From a bacterium (GTDB lineage: Archaea > Thermoplasmatota > E2 > JACPAO01 > JAHFTW01): a stretch of 64,000 nt of DNA. Both the position numbers and the translations under genes were made by a program. Each line of letters opens with the position of its first letter. Within the stretch, counting starts at the first letter, position 1. The notes beneath the pieces are model-generated. The model saw nothing but the letters and a program-made list of their open reading frames with translations, was not told where the DNA came from and did no database searches. Of the stretch, positions 28,311-38,164 are shown one piece after another. Location: assembly GCA_040390065.1 (NCBI GenBank), contig JAZJZE010000009.1, forward strand, positions 442,930 through 506,929, given 5' to 3'.

Positions 28311-28469
28311 CCACTGTAGTATAGTAGAGGCTACCAGATTGGGAGGCAGACGCCCGGCAGGCGGTAAGGCGAACGCGCTGGGGCCGGGTTCCGGCGGGCG
28401 CTTGCGGAAGGCCGCCTGCGTGTAGCCCCGCAAGGCTCCCGAGTATATGGTGGGAAAAGGTGGAGAAAG

Positions 28470-28545
28470 TCGGGACTGCCGGATTTGAACCGGCGTAATC
28501 CAGATCTACAGTCTGGCGCCCAACCGAGCTAGACGCAGAGCCCCG
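28470..28545 (-). pseudogene. Duplicate or variant copy of tRNA-Tyr(GTA)
   Basis: Identical to nt 9-73 of the tRNA-Tyr 177 bp away; 5' acceptor strand replaced by CGGGGCT plus a 4-nt linker. Confidence 0.75.
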
Positions 28546-28646
28546 CGAAGGGGCTGCGCCCCTTTCGAAACCGGCGCGTCGTGGGGCGCTCGCTTCGCTC
28601 GGCCCCACATAGCCAACGATGAAACGGAAGGGAAAAGGGGGGAAAG

Positions 28647-28720
28647 TCGGGACTGCCGGATTTGAACCGGCGTAATCCAGATCTACAGTCTGGCGCCCAA
28701 CCGAGCTAGACGAAGTCCCG
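28647..28720 (-). tRNA. tRNA-Tyr(GTA), intronless
   Basis: CGGGACTTCGTCTAGCTCGGTTGGGCGCCAGACTGTAGATCTGGATTACGCCGGTTCAAATCCGGCAGTCCCGA; C1-G72 and A73 archaeal Tyr identity elements; followed by a pyrimidine tract. Confidence 0.9.
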
Positions 28721-28879
28721 AGAAACCCATTGAGTCCCGGCTCGGTGAAAGAGGGCGCTGGCGGGATTGGGCCCGCAAGGCGCGCGACACTGGCCTCCTT
28801 CTTGGGCTTTCCGCCCCAACCCGACGACGGGCGTCCGTCGGAGCAACGGGCTAAATGCCGTCCCCCCGTGCCGCGGCTT

Positions 28880-29263
28880 GTGTCCGAGACGCCGGCGAAC
28901 CTCCTGTACACCAAGTCCCACGAATGGGTGCGCATCGAAGGCGGCGAGGCCACCGTCGGCATCACGGACCACGCGCAGGAGGCCCTGAACGACATCGTCT
29001 TCGTCGAATTGCCGAAGGTCGGCGACGAGTTCGGCCAGGAGGACGAGTTCGGCGTCGTCGAGTCGGTCAAGTCCGTGTCGGACCTTTACCTGCCCGTGGC
29101 CGGCAAGGTCATCGCCGTCAACGCCAGCCTCGAAGAGAAGCCCGAGACCCTCAACGAGGACCCGTACGGAAAGGGCTGGCTCGTGCGCATCCAGATGACG
29201 GACCCGGCCGAGGCCAAGGAGCTCCTCACGGCCGAGGCGTACCAGAAGGCGATTGGGCACTGA
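28880..29263 (+). CDS. gcvH: Glycine cleavage system H protein
   Basis: YTKSHEW, VGITDHAQ, lipoyl-Lys motif VESVKSVSD, NEDPYGKGWL. Confidence 0.95.
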   Translation: MSETPANLLYTKSHEWVRIEGGEATVGITDHAQEALNDIVFVELPKVGDEFGQEDEFGVVESVKSVSDLYLPVAGKVIAVNASLEEKPETLNEDPYGKGWLVRIQMTDPAEAKELLTAEAYQKAIGH

Positions 29264-29273
29264 CCCGGCGCGT

Positions 29274-29810
29274 CTACACGAACCGCATCGACGCTGCCGC
29301 CGCCTCTGCATCTGGGCGCGCACTGTCGCGGTGGCCTTCCTCCGCGCTGAACGTCATGACGTACCCCAGGTCGGCATGGACGAAAACCGTCGCGTCGTTG
29401 TGGAGAAACCGCCCGCCCCTGGACCCAGTGTACTCAATTCGCCAGCCGGGCTGGAGGGCGCCGTTGAAGGGGCCTTGCGCGGCAGGCGTCAAACCCAAGC
29501 CAGGCAACTGGGCAAGGGTTGCATTGACGTATTGGGCCAGCGTGGTCCCTGCGGGCAGGAATTCCGTGACCACGTTGATATTCTCGGGAAATCCGTCCGC
29601 GGAGTCTTCCATCGGGGCCTCGAAGCCGACGACGCCACCGTGCACGTAGCGCATCCAGGTCGTCGGGTGGCAGTAGCCAAACCCGTATTGCGAATCGGTG
29701 TAGGAGATCCGATCACCGCAAGCCATCGCCGGCGCGCCGCGGGCAATGGGCCCGGACGAACATCCGGGCCCAAACACGGCTATGAGGGCCAGGAAAACGA
29801 CCCAGCGCAT
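29274..29810 (-). CDS. PsbP/DcrB-like lipoprotein
   Basis: MRWVVFLALIAVFGPGC; YTDSQYGFGYCHPTTW, DGFPENINV, YVMTFSA...AAASMRF pattern. Confidence 0.6.
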   Translation of the reverse strand: MRWVVFLALIAVFGPGCSSGPIARGAPAMACGDRISYTDSQYGFGYCHPTTWMRYVHGGVVGFEAPMEDSADGFPENINVVTEFLPAGTTLAQYVNATLAQLPGLGLTPAAQGPFNGALQPGWRIEYTGSRGGRFLHNDATVFVHADLGYVMTFSAEEGHRDSARPDAEAAAASMRFV

Positions 29811-29886
29811 GCGGATGGTACCGGGCTGCGAGAAGAAAAGGCCGCCGCCTGCCAGGCTTTTTCTCCTGTTCTCGACTGGGCGGCTT

Positions 29887-31239
29887 GTGCACCTCATCCC
29901 CAACGATGAGCTGGAAGCCGAACTCGCCCGCGCCGCTGGCGTCCGCTCGGCCCAGGACCTGTTCTCCGACATCCCCGCGGCCCTGCGCGCCAAGCCGCTT
30001 CGCCTGCCCCCCGCGGAGCCGGAACGCCTTCTGGTGCGCCGCCTGCGAACCCTGCTCAACAAGAACCACTCGTACGAGCGCATGGCGAATTTCCTCGGCG
30101 GCGGCTTCAAGCCGCAACTCGTCCCCGCCGCAGTGAAGGCCGTCGCGCATCGGCAGGAATTCATCACGGCCTACACGCCTTACCAGCCGGAGGTCTCGCA
30201 GGGCCTCCTGCAGACGATCTTCGAGTACCAGTCGCTCATCTGCGACGTCACCCGCATGGAGGTCACGAACGCGGGCCTGTACGACGGACCCACGGCGCTC
30301 GGCGAAGCGGCCCTCATGGCGACGCGCGTCAACGGCCGCATGCGTTTCCTCGTCCCCGGGCACTTGTCGTGGGAGAAGCGCAGCATCCTGCGCAACTACA
30401 CCGTCGGCCCCGGCATCACGCTCGACACCTACGGCTTCGACGCCAAGACGGGCCGCGCCGACATGGCAAGCCTACGGTCCAAACTCGGGCCCGACGTCTC
30501 CGGCGTGCTGCTGGAAAACCCGAACCACTTCGGCATCTTCGAGGAAGACGCGAAGAAGGTCGGCGAGGCCGCTCATGCGGCTGGTGCCCTCTTCGTGATG
30601 TACGTCGATCCCACGGCCCTTGGCGTTTCCGCCCCGCCGGGCCTGCTTGGCGCTGACATCGTGGTCGCGGAGGGCTCCTGCTTCGGCGGCGCGCCCGCCC
30701 TCGGCGGCCCTCTGCTCGGCATGTTCTCCTGCACGGAGGCCATCGTGCGCAAGGCGCCCGGCCGCATCATCGGCGCGACCAAGGACGAGACTGGCAAGCG
30801 CGGCTTCGTCATGACGCTGCAGGCGCGTGAGCAGCATATCCGCCGCGCCAAGGCGACGTCCAACATCTGCTCCAACGAGGCACTCTTGTCCATCCAGGCC
30901 GCCATCCACCTCACCATGCTCGGGCGCCGTGGGCTGCGCGACATGGGGCTGCAGAACCTCGCCGCCGGAGCGCGCCTCGAATCGACGCTCGCCTCCGCCG
31001 GCTTCAACCGCCGATTCAGTGGCGCCACCTACAACGAGCTCGTCACGCCTGCATCGAACTTCCGCGATGTGCATGAACGCGCCCTCAAGGACGGCGTGCA
31101 CATCGGCTGGAACCTTGGCGCCGACCTGCCGGCCATGAAGGACTGCCTGCTATGGGGCTCGACGCCCGTGCACATGGAGGAGGACTACCAGCGCCTCGCC
31201 AAGGCTCTCCTGCCGCAAGTCAAGGCGGTGACCCGATGA
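29887..31239 (+). CDS. gcvPA: Glycine dehydrogenase (decarboxylating) subunit 1
   Basis: EFITAYTPYQPEVSQG, NAGLYDG, TLQAREQHIRRAKATSNICSN. Confidence 0.95.
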   Translation: MHLIPNDELEAELARAAGVRSAQDLFSDIPAALRAKPLRLPPAEPERLLVRRLRTLLNKNHSYERMANFLGGGFKPQLVPAAVKAVAHRQEFITAYTPYQPEVSQGLLQTIFEYQSLICDVTRMEVTNAGLYDGPTALGEAALMATRVNGRMRFLVPGHLSWEKRSILRNYTVGPGITLDTYGFDAKTGRADMASLRSKLGPDVSGVLLENPNHFGIFEEDAKKVGEAAHAAGALFVMYVDPTALGVSAPPGLLGADIVVAEGSCFGGAPALGGPLLGMFSCTEAIVRKAPGRIIGATKDETGKRGFVMTLQAREQHIRRAKATSNICSNEALLSIQAAIHLTMLGRRGLRDMGLQNLAAGARLESTLASAGFNRRFSGATYNELVTPASNFRDVHERALKDGVHIGWNLGADLPAMKDCLLWGSTPVHMEEDYQRLAKALLPQVKAVTR

Positions 31240-32756
31240 CGGGACTGGCCACGCCAAAAGCGGGCATCAGCCTGATGGTGATTCCACACGACGTCCCGCT
31301 CGTCGTCGAGGAGGCGCGCCCCGGCCAGACGGGCACGAACCAAGGGCCCGCGGACGAGGCGTTCTCCAAGCGCGTGCCCGCATCCCTGCAGTACGACGCG
31401 ACGAAGCAGACGGGCGGCGACTACGGCCTCAGTGAACCGCAAGCCGTCGCCCACTTCACGAAGCTGTCGCAGAAGAACTTCGGCAACGACACGGCGCTCT
31501 ACCCTCTGGGCTCGTGCACGATGAAGCACAACCCGAAGGCCTGCGACGAGGTGGCGGGATGGAGCATGGTGAACCTCCTGCACCCGAACCAGGACCCGCG
31601 CACGGTCCAGGGAAGCCTGGAGATCTTCTACGAGTTGGAGCGCTGGCTCGCGGAAGTGACGGGCATGGACGCCGTCTCGCTGCAACCCGCCGCCGGGGCG
31701 CAAGGCGAATTCCTCGGTCTGCTCGTGGCGCGGGCCTACCACGAATCGCGCGGCGAAGGCCACCGCGACGAAGTGATCCTCCCTGACACGGCGCACGGCA
31801 CGAACCCGGCAACGGCGTCGATGGCGGGTTACAAGGTCGTGGAGATTCCCAGCGGCCCCGACGGCCTCGTCGACCTCGCAGCACTGAAGGCTGCCGTCGG
31901 GCCGAAGACGGCGGCGTTCATGCTGACCAATCCCAACACCCTGGGCATCTTCGAGAAGAACATCCAGCAAGTGCAGAAGCTCGTCCACGACGCGGGCGGA
32001 CTCCTGTACTACGATGGCGCCAACCTCAACGCCATCACGGGCCAGGTTCGCCCCGGCGACATGGGCTTTGACATCGTGCACATCAACCTGCACAAGACGT
32101 TCGCCGTCCCGCACGGCGGCGGCGGACCCGGTGCAGGTCCCATCGGCGTGAAGAGGCGGCTCGAACCGTTCCTGCCGGTGCCGCGCATCGGCAAGACCTC
32201 GGCGGGGACGTTCGACGCAGAGGGCATGGACCGGCACCCGCAATCCGTCGGCAAGATCAAGGCCTCCTACGGCCAGTCGGCCGCCCTCGTGCGGGCCTAC
32301 ACCTACATGTGCCTGCTCGGTGGCGACGGCATCACTCGTGCAAGCGAGATGGCGTGCCTGAACGCGAACTACGTGAAAGGCCAACTCAAGGGCGTCCTCG
32401 ACTTCCCCCACCCCGGCCGCAGCATGCATGAATTCGTCGCGTCCGCCACGGGCCTGAAGAAGCGCACCGGCATCACGGCCGGCGACATCGGCAAGCGCCT
32501 CCTCGACTACGGCCAGCATGCCCCGACCGTCTACTTCCCCCTCCTCGTGCCCGAGGCCATCATGTTCGAGCCGACGGAATCGGCGAGCAAGCAGGAGCTC
32601 GACCGTTTCGTGGCCAACATCAAGGCCATCGCCGCCGAGGATCCGGCACTGGTGCATGCGGCGCCGCACACGACGCCAGTCAAGCGCTTGGACGAGGCGA
32701 CGGCCGCGAGGAAACTGGTGCTGCGCTGGCATACATTGGACCGGCTGGAAGGGTAG
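31236..32756 (+). CDS. gcvPB: Glycine dehydrogenase (decarboxylating) subunit 2
   Basis: YPLGSCTMKHNP, QPAAGAQGE, AHGTNPA, PLP-Lys motif NLHKTFAVPHGGGGPG. Confidence 0.95.
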   Translation: MTGLATPKAGISLMVIPHDVPLVVEEARPGQTGTNQGPADEAFSKRVPASLQYDATKQTGGDYGLSEPQAVAHFTKLSQKNFGNDTALYPLGSCTMKHNPKACDEVAGWSMVNLLHPNQDPRTVQGSLEIFYELERWLAEVTGMDAVSLQPAAGAQGEFLGLLVARAYHESRGEGHRDEVILPDTAHGTNPATASMAGYKVVEIPSGPDGLVDLAALKAAVGPKTAAFMLTNPNTLGIFEKNIQQVQKLVHDAGGLLYYDGANLNAITGQVRPGDMGFDIVHINLHKTFAVPHGGGGPGAGPIGVKRRLEPFLPVPRIGKTSAGTFDAEGMDRHPQSVGKIKASYGQSAALVRAYTYMCLLGGDGITRASEMACLNANYVKGQLKGVLDFPHPGRSMHEFVASATGLKKRTGITAGDIGKRLLDYGQHAPTVYFPLLVPEAIMFEPTESASKQELDRFVANIKAIAAEDPALVHAAPHTTPVKRLDEATAARKLVLRWHTLDRLEG

Positions 32757-32876
32757 CCGCCCAAGAACCACCGATGACGCGGATGCGGCCGATGGACCGT
32801 CATCCCCCTCATCGTCGCTCCGACTCGGGCGCGCGGCGCAACGTCCAAGAGCATCCGCGTCTAGCACGACAGGCCG

Positions 32877-34040
32877 ATGGCCCAAAGCGAGCGTCTCCGC
32901 GTGGGCCTCATCGTGAATCCCGTCTCCGGACTGGGGGGGCCCGGCGCCTTCAAGGGGTCCGACCTCAACTGGAAGGACGCACTGGCGGCGGGCTATGCCC
33001 CGACGGCGCCGGAGCGGGCCAAGCGCTTCGTGGGTCTCGTCGGCGACGCGGTCGAGTGGTGGACCGTGCCAGGCGTGATGGGCCACGAAGAAGCGCCCGC
33101 TGGCAAGGTCGTGCTTGCCGATGCGTCGCTGGAACTCGGAAAGACGAGCCGTACGGACACGGAGCGCGCCGCCACCGCCCTGCGCGACGCCGGCGTGCAA
33201 CTGCTGTGCTTCGTGGGCGGTGATGGCACCGCAGCCGACGTGAGCCGCGCCGTGAACGACACGGTGCCCTGCCTCGGTGTGCCCGCAGGCGTGAAGGTGA
33301 CGAGCGCAGTGTACACGCACGACGTCGAAGAGGCCGCATGGCTCGTGAAACAGCTCCGCCCCGGATTCGAGACCATCGCGCGTGACGTCACGGACCTCGA
33401 CGAAGCGGCCTACCGGACGGGTCACGTCGACATCGAATTGAAGGGCATGCTGAAGGTGCCGATGTCCCCGGCCGTGCAGGCGGGAAAGGTGGCCACCTCG
33501 TCGGACACGCCGATGGAGCCCCTCGTGGAACAGACCCTCAACGACTGGGACCAGGCCGCCCTCAACCTCGTCGGCGCGGGGTCCGTCTGCCTGGCATTGA
33601 AGAAGCAGTTCTGGGGCACGCCCACACTCCTGGGCGTGGACGCGATCCAAGGGACGCGCATCGTCGCAAACGACCTGTCGGACCGCCGCATCGGCGAACT
33701 CGTGGCAGCGCAACAGGCCAAGGGCGGCGCCGTGCGCATCTACCTGAGCACCATTGGCGGCCAAGGCATGCTTCTCGGGCGAGGCACGCAAGTGTTCCGC
33801 CCAGAGGTGCTGCGCGTCGTCGGCTGGGACAACCTGCGCGTCGTTGCGCCGCCCGAAAAACTGGTGGGGCTCAAGGGCCTGCACATCGACTCCGGCGACC
33901 CCGAACTCGACGCCACGGCGCCGAAGCACATCCGCGTCGTCACCGGCTGGAACGAGTTCCGCATGGTGCGCCTCCTGCACGGCGCCCCGACGGCGGAGAA
34001 CGGCAACGGCCACGCCGCACCTCCCACGAAGCCCGGCTGA
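32877..34040 (+). CDS. ATP-NAD kinase family protein (AcoX-like)
   Basis: GLIVNPVSGLGG...KGSD, VGGDGTAADV, GVPAGVKV, IGGQGMLLGRG. Confidence 0.85.
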   Translation: MAQSERLRVGLIVNPVSGLGGPGAFKGSDLNWKDALAAGYAPTAPERAKRFVGLVGDAVEWWTVPGVMGHEEAPAGKVVLADASLELGKTSRTDTERAATALRDAGVQLLCFVGGDGTAADVSRAVNDTVPCLGVPAGVKVTSAVYTHDVEEAAWLVKQLRPGFETIARDVTDLDEAAYRTGHVDIELKGMLKVPMSPAVQAGKVATSSDTPMEPLVEQTLNDWDQAALNLVGAGSVCLALKKQFWGTPTLLGVDAIQGTRIVANDLSDRRIGELVAAQQAKGGAVRIYLSTIGGQGMLLGRGTQVFRPEVLRVVGWDNLRVVAPPEKLVGLKGLHIDSGDPELDATAPKHIRVVTGWNEFRMVRLLHGAPTAENGNGHAAPPTKPG

Positions 34041-34083
34041 CCGGCACAGTGCCCCTCAAGAACCGGCATCCGCTCACGATGGC

Positions 34084-35010
34084 GTGGCCGACGGCGACGC
34101 ACCGACCCCTGCGCCGGCGCAGCCGAACATCGACGATGTGGAGCGCAAGTCAGGTTCCAAGATTGACGACCTTGCCAAGGCTCTCCTGAAGTACCGCGTC
34201 GTTCGCGGCCCCGCCCGCCGCCTGGCCAACAGCAAAGCCGCATGGGCGGTCGTGTCCAGGATCGACCGCGTCCGTGCCCGGCGCGCCGTGACCCGCATCC
34301 GGACGGCCGCGGTGCCGCACCACGTCGGCATCATCATGGACGGCAACCGCCGCTTTGCCAAGCAACTCGGCTTGGACGACATCCGCATGGGCCACGTAGC
34401 GGGGCAGGAACGCCTGGAGAACGTCCTCGACTGGTGCCTGGAACTCGGCATCAAGGTCCTCACGGTCTACGCCTTCTCCACCGAGAATTTCCAACGCGCC
34501 GACGCCGAGCGGGACCTTCTCATGGAATTGTTCGAGCACAATTTCCGCAAGATGGCGGTCGACCCCCGCGTCCACAAGAACAAGATCCGCGTGCGCTGCA
34601 TCGGCGACATGTCCCTCGTTCCGCACAACGTGCGGCGCGCGGCCGAAGACGTGATGGCGGCGACCCGCGCCTACGACGCGTACACGTTCAACGTCGCCAT
34701 CGCCTACGGCGGCCGCGCCGAGATCGTCGAGGCGGTGCGCACCATCGCGACGGATGTGCGGGCCGGCAAACTGGCCGTCGACGACATCACGGACCGCACG
34801 ATTAGCGAACGCCTCTATACGGGTGACTTGCCGGACCCGGACTTCATCATCCGCACCTCCGGAGAGGAGCGCATCAGCAACTTCCTGCTCTGGCAGTTGG
34901 CGTACGCGGAGTTGTACTTCGCCGACGTCTACTGGCCGGGCTTGAACCGCCTGGAATTCATGCGTGCCATCGAGGAGTACCAGAAACGCAAGCGGCGCTT
35001 CGGAAGTTGA
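34084..35010 (+). CDS. uppS: cis-polyprenyl diphosphate synthase
   Basis: HVGIIMDGNRR, YAFSTENFQR, AYGGRAEI, IRTSGEERISNFLLWQ. Start uncertain. Confidence 0.92.
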   Translation: MADGDAPTPAPAQPNIDDVERKSGSKIDDLAKALLKYRVVRGPARRLANSKAAWAVVSRIDRVRARRAVTRIRTAAVPHHVGIIMDGNRRFAKQLGLDDIRMGHVAGQERLENVLDWCLELGIKVLTVYAFSTENFQRADAERDLLMELFEHNFRKMAVDPRVHKNKIRVRCIGDMSLVPHNVRRAAEDVMAATRAYDAYTFNVAIAYGGRAEIVEAVRTIATDVRAGKLAVDDITDRTISERLYTGDLPDPDFIIRTSGEERISNFLLWQLAYAELYFADVYWPGLNRLEFMRAIEEYQKRKRRFGS

Positions 35011-35012
35011 GC

Positions 35013-36368
35013 CTAGAGGTCGTTGCGTGGCGGCCGGGGCCGTGCAGGTCTGGCAACCGGTGCCTTCGGCTCGGCGAACTGCGCATGCTCGGTGGAACCC
35101 GGCAAGGCGACCGCCGACGAGTCGCCGGGGGCGATGACGCGGGCGACTTCGTCGAACCAACCGGCGCCGACCTCCTTTTGGTGGGCGAAGCCCTTGTACC
35201 CAGAGGCGGCCAGGGCCTTCTCGTCGCGCTGCAGTTTGACGTACGCCGTCATGCCATCGCGCACGTAGCCCGATGCCAGGCCGTACACCGCGGCATTCAT
35301 GGCATGGAAGCCGGCAAGGGTCACGAACTGGAATCGGTACCCGAGTTCCGCCAGGGCGGGCTGGAATTCGGCGATCTCGGCGGCGTCGAGGTGCTCCTCC
35401 CAATGGAACGACGGGCTGCAGTTGTAAGCCAGGAGCTTGCCCGGATGCTCTTGGTGGATGGCATTGGCAAAACGCTTCGCCTCCTCGATGTCCGGTTCGT
35501 TCGTCTCGAACCACAACATTTCGGCGTAGGGGGCGTAGGCCAGCCCGCGGTGGATGGCGGCATCCAGGCCCGGTCGGGTCTCGAACAGGCCTTCGCGCGT
35601 CCGCCGCCCAGTGAGAAACGCCTGGTCGCGCGTGTCCGTGTCCGATGACACGAAGTTTGCCGCGTGCGCATCGGTACGTGCGATGAGAAGCGACGGCACG
35701 CCCATGACGTCGGCCGCAAGCCGCGCCGCCCGCAGCGTTCGCACGTGCTGCAAGGTTGGCACGAGGACCTTGCCGCCGAGGTGGCCGCACTTGCGCGACG
35801 ACGACAACTGGTCCTCGTAGTGCGCCGCGGCGGCGCCCGCTTCGATTAGGTGCTGCATGAGCGTGAAGGCGTTGAGGGGGCCGCCGAAGCCGGCCTCCGC
35901 GTCGGCGACGATGGGCGCCAGCCAATCCGTGGACGGCATGCCGTGCGCCGACTCGATCTGGTCCGCGCGCAGAAGGGCCTTGTTGATGCGCTCGACGAGA
36001 GCGGGAACGCTGCTGACGGAGTACAGTCCGAGGTCAGGATACGTCTCGCCGTCGAGGTTGTTGTCGGCCGCAACCTGCCAACCCGACAGGTAGATGGCTG
36101 GGGCGCCGGCGCGCACCATCTGGACGGCTTGGCTCCCCGTGAGGGCGCCAAGAGCAGGCACGAAGGACGACGTGGTGAGGAGGTCCCAGAGCCGCGTCGC
36201 GCCGCGCCTGGCCAGCGTGTGCTCGATCTGCACGCTGCCGCGCAGGCGGACGACGTCTTGCGCCGTGTAGTCACGACGCAGGCCTTCCCAGCGGGGGTCG
36301 GAGGCCCATGACTCCTGCAAGGCTTGAGCCTCCTCGTCGGCCGGTGTGCCCGGCGTCGGCGGCGTCAT
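35013..36368 (-). CDS. aceA: Isocitrate lyase
   Basis: [19 protein letters not shown], active-site [25 protein letters not shown]. Confidence 0.95.
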   Translation of the reverse strand: MTPPTPGTPADEEAQALQESWASDPRWEGLRRDYTAQDVVRLRGSVQIEHTLARRGATRLWDLLTTSSFVPALGALTGSQAVQMVRAGAPAIYLSGWQVAADNNLDGETYPDLGLYSVSSVPALVERINKALLRADQIESAHGMPSTDWLAPIVADAEAGFGGPLNAFTLMQHLIEAGAAAAHYEDQLSSSRKCGHLGGKVLVPTLQHVRTLRAARLAADVMGVPSLLIARTDAHAANFVSSDTDTRDQAFLTGRRTREGLFETRPGLDAAIHRGLAYAPYAEMLWFETNEPDIEEAKRFANAIHQEHPGKLLAYNCSPSFHWEEHLDAAEIAEFQPALAELGYRFQFVTLAGFHAMNAAVYGLASGYVRDGMTAYVKLQRDEKALAASGYKGFAHQKEVGAGWFDEVARVIAPGDSSAVALPGSTEHAQFAEPKAPVARPARPRPPRNDL

Positions 36369-37978
36369 GGGGCATCCTCCTTCAGCAAGCCCATGCCGGG
36401 AATGGTCAGGAACTCGACGAACGGGTCCTGCAAGGCGACGAGGTCGAAGAAGGAGCGGGCCGCGTCGAGATGCGCCCGGGCCGCCGGTGCAAGCGAATCA
36501 TCGGCGCGCAACGCCATCAATTGGTCGCGAGCGACGGCGCGCACGAGGTCAGCCGTGACGGTCCGCGCGTCCTCGAGGACGACGCCCTGATGCACCCATT
36601 GCCAGACTTGCGCTCGTGCAATCTCGGCTGTCGCCGTGTCCTCCATGAGGGAATCGATGGCGACGGCGCCCGTCCCAGCAAGCCAGGAGGCAAGATACGC
36701 GATGGCGACGCGAACGTTGGACTGCAGCCCCGCTTGCGTGACGGCGCCGCTTGGGACTTGGACGCACAGCAGGTCCGGGGCGCCGATGCGTGCGTCGCCG
36801 TGCACGTGCAACTGGTTCGTGCGCTCGGCCATGTGGGTCCGGAACGTCTCGAGCGCCACGGGGACGAGGTCGGGGTGCGCGACCCATGTGCCGTCGAATC
36901 CCTGGCCGGCTTCTCGCACCTTGTCCTCGCGCACCTTGGCCAAGGCGAGTTCGTTGCGGGCCGGGTCCTTGCGGCTCGGGACGTAGGCGGCCATGCCCCC
37001 GATGGCGTAGGCGCCGCGGCGGTGGCACGTCTGCACCAAGAGTTGCGTGTAGGCCCACATGAACGGCTGCGTCATGGTCAGGTCGGCGCGGTCGGGCAGG
37101 ACGAAGCCAGGACGCGCCCGCAGCGTCTTGAGGGCACTGAACAGGTAGTCCCAGCGCCCGGCGTTGAGGGCCGGCGAACGCTCGCGAAGCTCGTAGAGGA
37201 TCTCGTCCATCTCGAGGGCGGCCGGAAGGGTCTCGATGAGGACGGTCGTGCGCACGGCGTTGCGGGGCAAGCCAAGCGACTCCTCGGCTGCCGTCAAGAT
37301 GTCGTGCCACAGCCTGGCCTCGACGTGGCTCTCCATCTTGGGAAGGTACAGGTACGGCCCGGAGCCGTGGAAGAGGAGGGCCTGGGCGTTGTGGAAGATG
37401 AAGAGTCCCGCATCGAACAGGCTGGCCGATATGGGCCGGCCGCCCACGGCGACGCGGGGTTCATCCAAGTGCCAGCCGCGAGGGCGCACGACGAGGGTTG
37501 CATGGTGCGGCGCCAACGTGCGAGGAGCACCGCCGGACGTCGGGGCGGCAATCGTTCCGCGCACCACGTCCATGAGGTTGGCTTGGCCTTCCAGCAGATT
37601 GCGCCACGTCGGGACCGTTGCGTCCTCGAAGTCGGCCATGTAGACTTGCGCTCCCGAATTGAGCGCATGCAGCATCATGCGGCGGTCCGTTGGGCCCGTA
37701 ATCTCGACGCACCGGTCCACCAGGTCCGGCGGGGGCGGGGTGACGCGCCACGAGGCCTCGCGGATCGGACGCGTCGCCTCAAGTTGGGCAAGTGGCGCGC
37801 CGGCATCGATGGCGGCTTGGCGCTCGCGGCGCAGGCGCAGGACGGCCTGGCGGCGCGCTTCGAAGCGCTCGTGCAGGCCCACGAGGAAGCGCAGGGCCTC
37901 CGGTGACAGCAGGTGCCGCGGCAGGTCGGCGGGGACGGGCTTGACCAGGATTTCGGGAGCGACGGCGATGGACTTCAT
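36365..37978 (-). CDS. aceB: Malate synthase A
   Basis: [58 protein letters not shown]. Confidence 0.95.
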   Translation of the reverse strand: MKSIAVAPEILVKPVPADLPRHLLSPEALRFLVGLHERFEARRQAVLRLRRERQAAIDAGAPLAQLEATRPIREASWRVTPPPPDLVDRCVEITGPTDRRMMLHALNSGAQVYMADFEDATVPTWRNLLEGQANLMDVVRGTIAAPTSGGAPRTLAPHHATLVVRPRGWHLDEPRVAVGGRPISASLFDAGLFIFHNAQALLFHGSGPYLYLPKMESHVEARLWHDILTAAEESLGLPRNAVRTTVLIETLPAALEMDEILYELRERSPALNAGRWDYLFSALKTLRARPGFVLPDRADLTMTQPFMWAYTQLLVQTCHRRGAYAIGGMAAYVPSRKDPARNELALAKVREDKVREAGQGFDGTWVAHPDLVPVALETFRTHMAERTNQLHVHGDARIGAPDLLCVQVPSGAVTQAGLQSNVRVAIAYLASWLAGTGAVAIDSLMEDTATAEIARAQVWQWVHQGVVLEDARTVTADLVRAVARDQLMALRADDSLAPAARAHLDAARSFFDLVALQDPFVEFLTIPGMGLLKEDAP

Positions 37979-38086
37979 GGGCATGACCTCCGGTGGGGGG
38001 AAGGGTTGCTCCAGCCGCGGTTCGCCTTGGGGGCGGTCGTGGCCGTGCGGATGGGTTTTCCTCTTGGGGCGGACCGTATAAGTGGT

Positions 38087-38092
38087 TGTCGT
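38087..38092 (-). promoter_or_regulatory. Putative TATA box for the aceBA operon (leadered; SD-like GGAGGT near the start)
   Basis: CTTATA on minus strand; GGAGGT just before ATG 37984/37978. Confidence 0.45.
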
Positions 38093-38164
38093 ACAAGGTT
38101 CGAAGTTGCCGCGGCCGCAAAGTCGCGCCGCCTGCAACATGGACACGCATGACGAACAGGGACA

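Noticed and set aside
27796-29070. 424-aa ORF with duplicated peptide SSSVGRQTVDLDYAGSNPAVPTF
   Set aside because: The duplication is the translated tRNA-Tyr repeat and the rest is antisense to gcvH; only the last 68 codons are a credible gene.
31185-34013. Very long antisense ORFs (also 11185-13182, 40870-42873, 45598-47922, 34150-35925)
   Set aside because: Shadow frames of well-supported genes, expected in high-GC DNA with few TTA/CTA/TCA codons.
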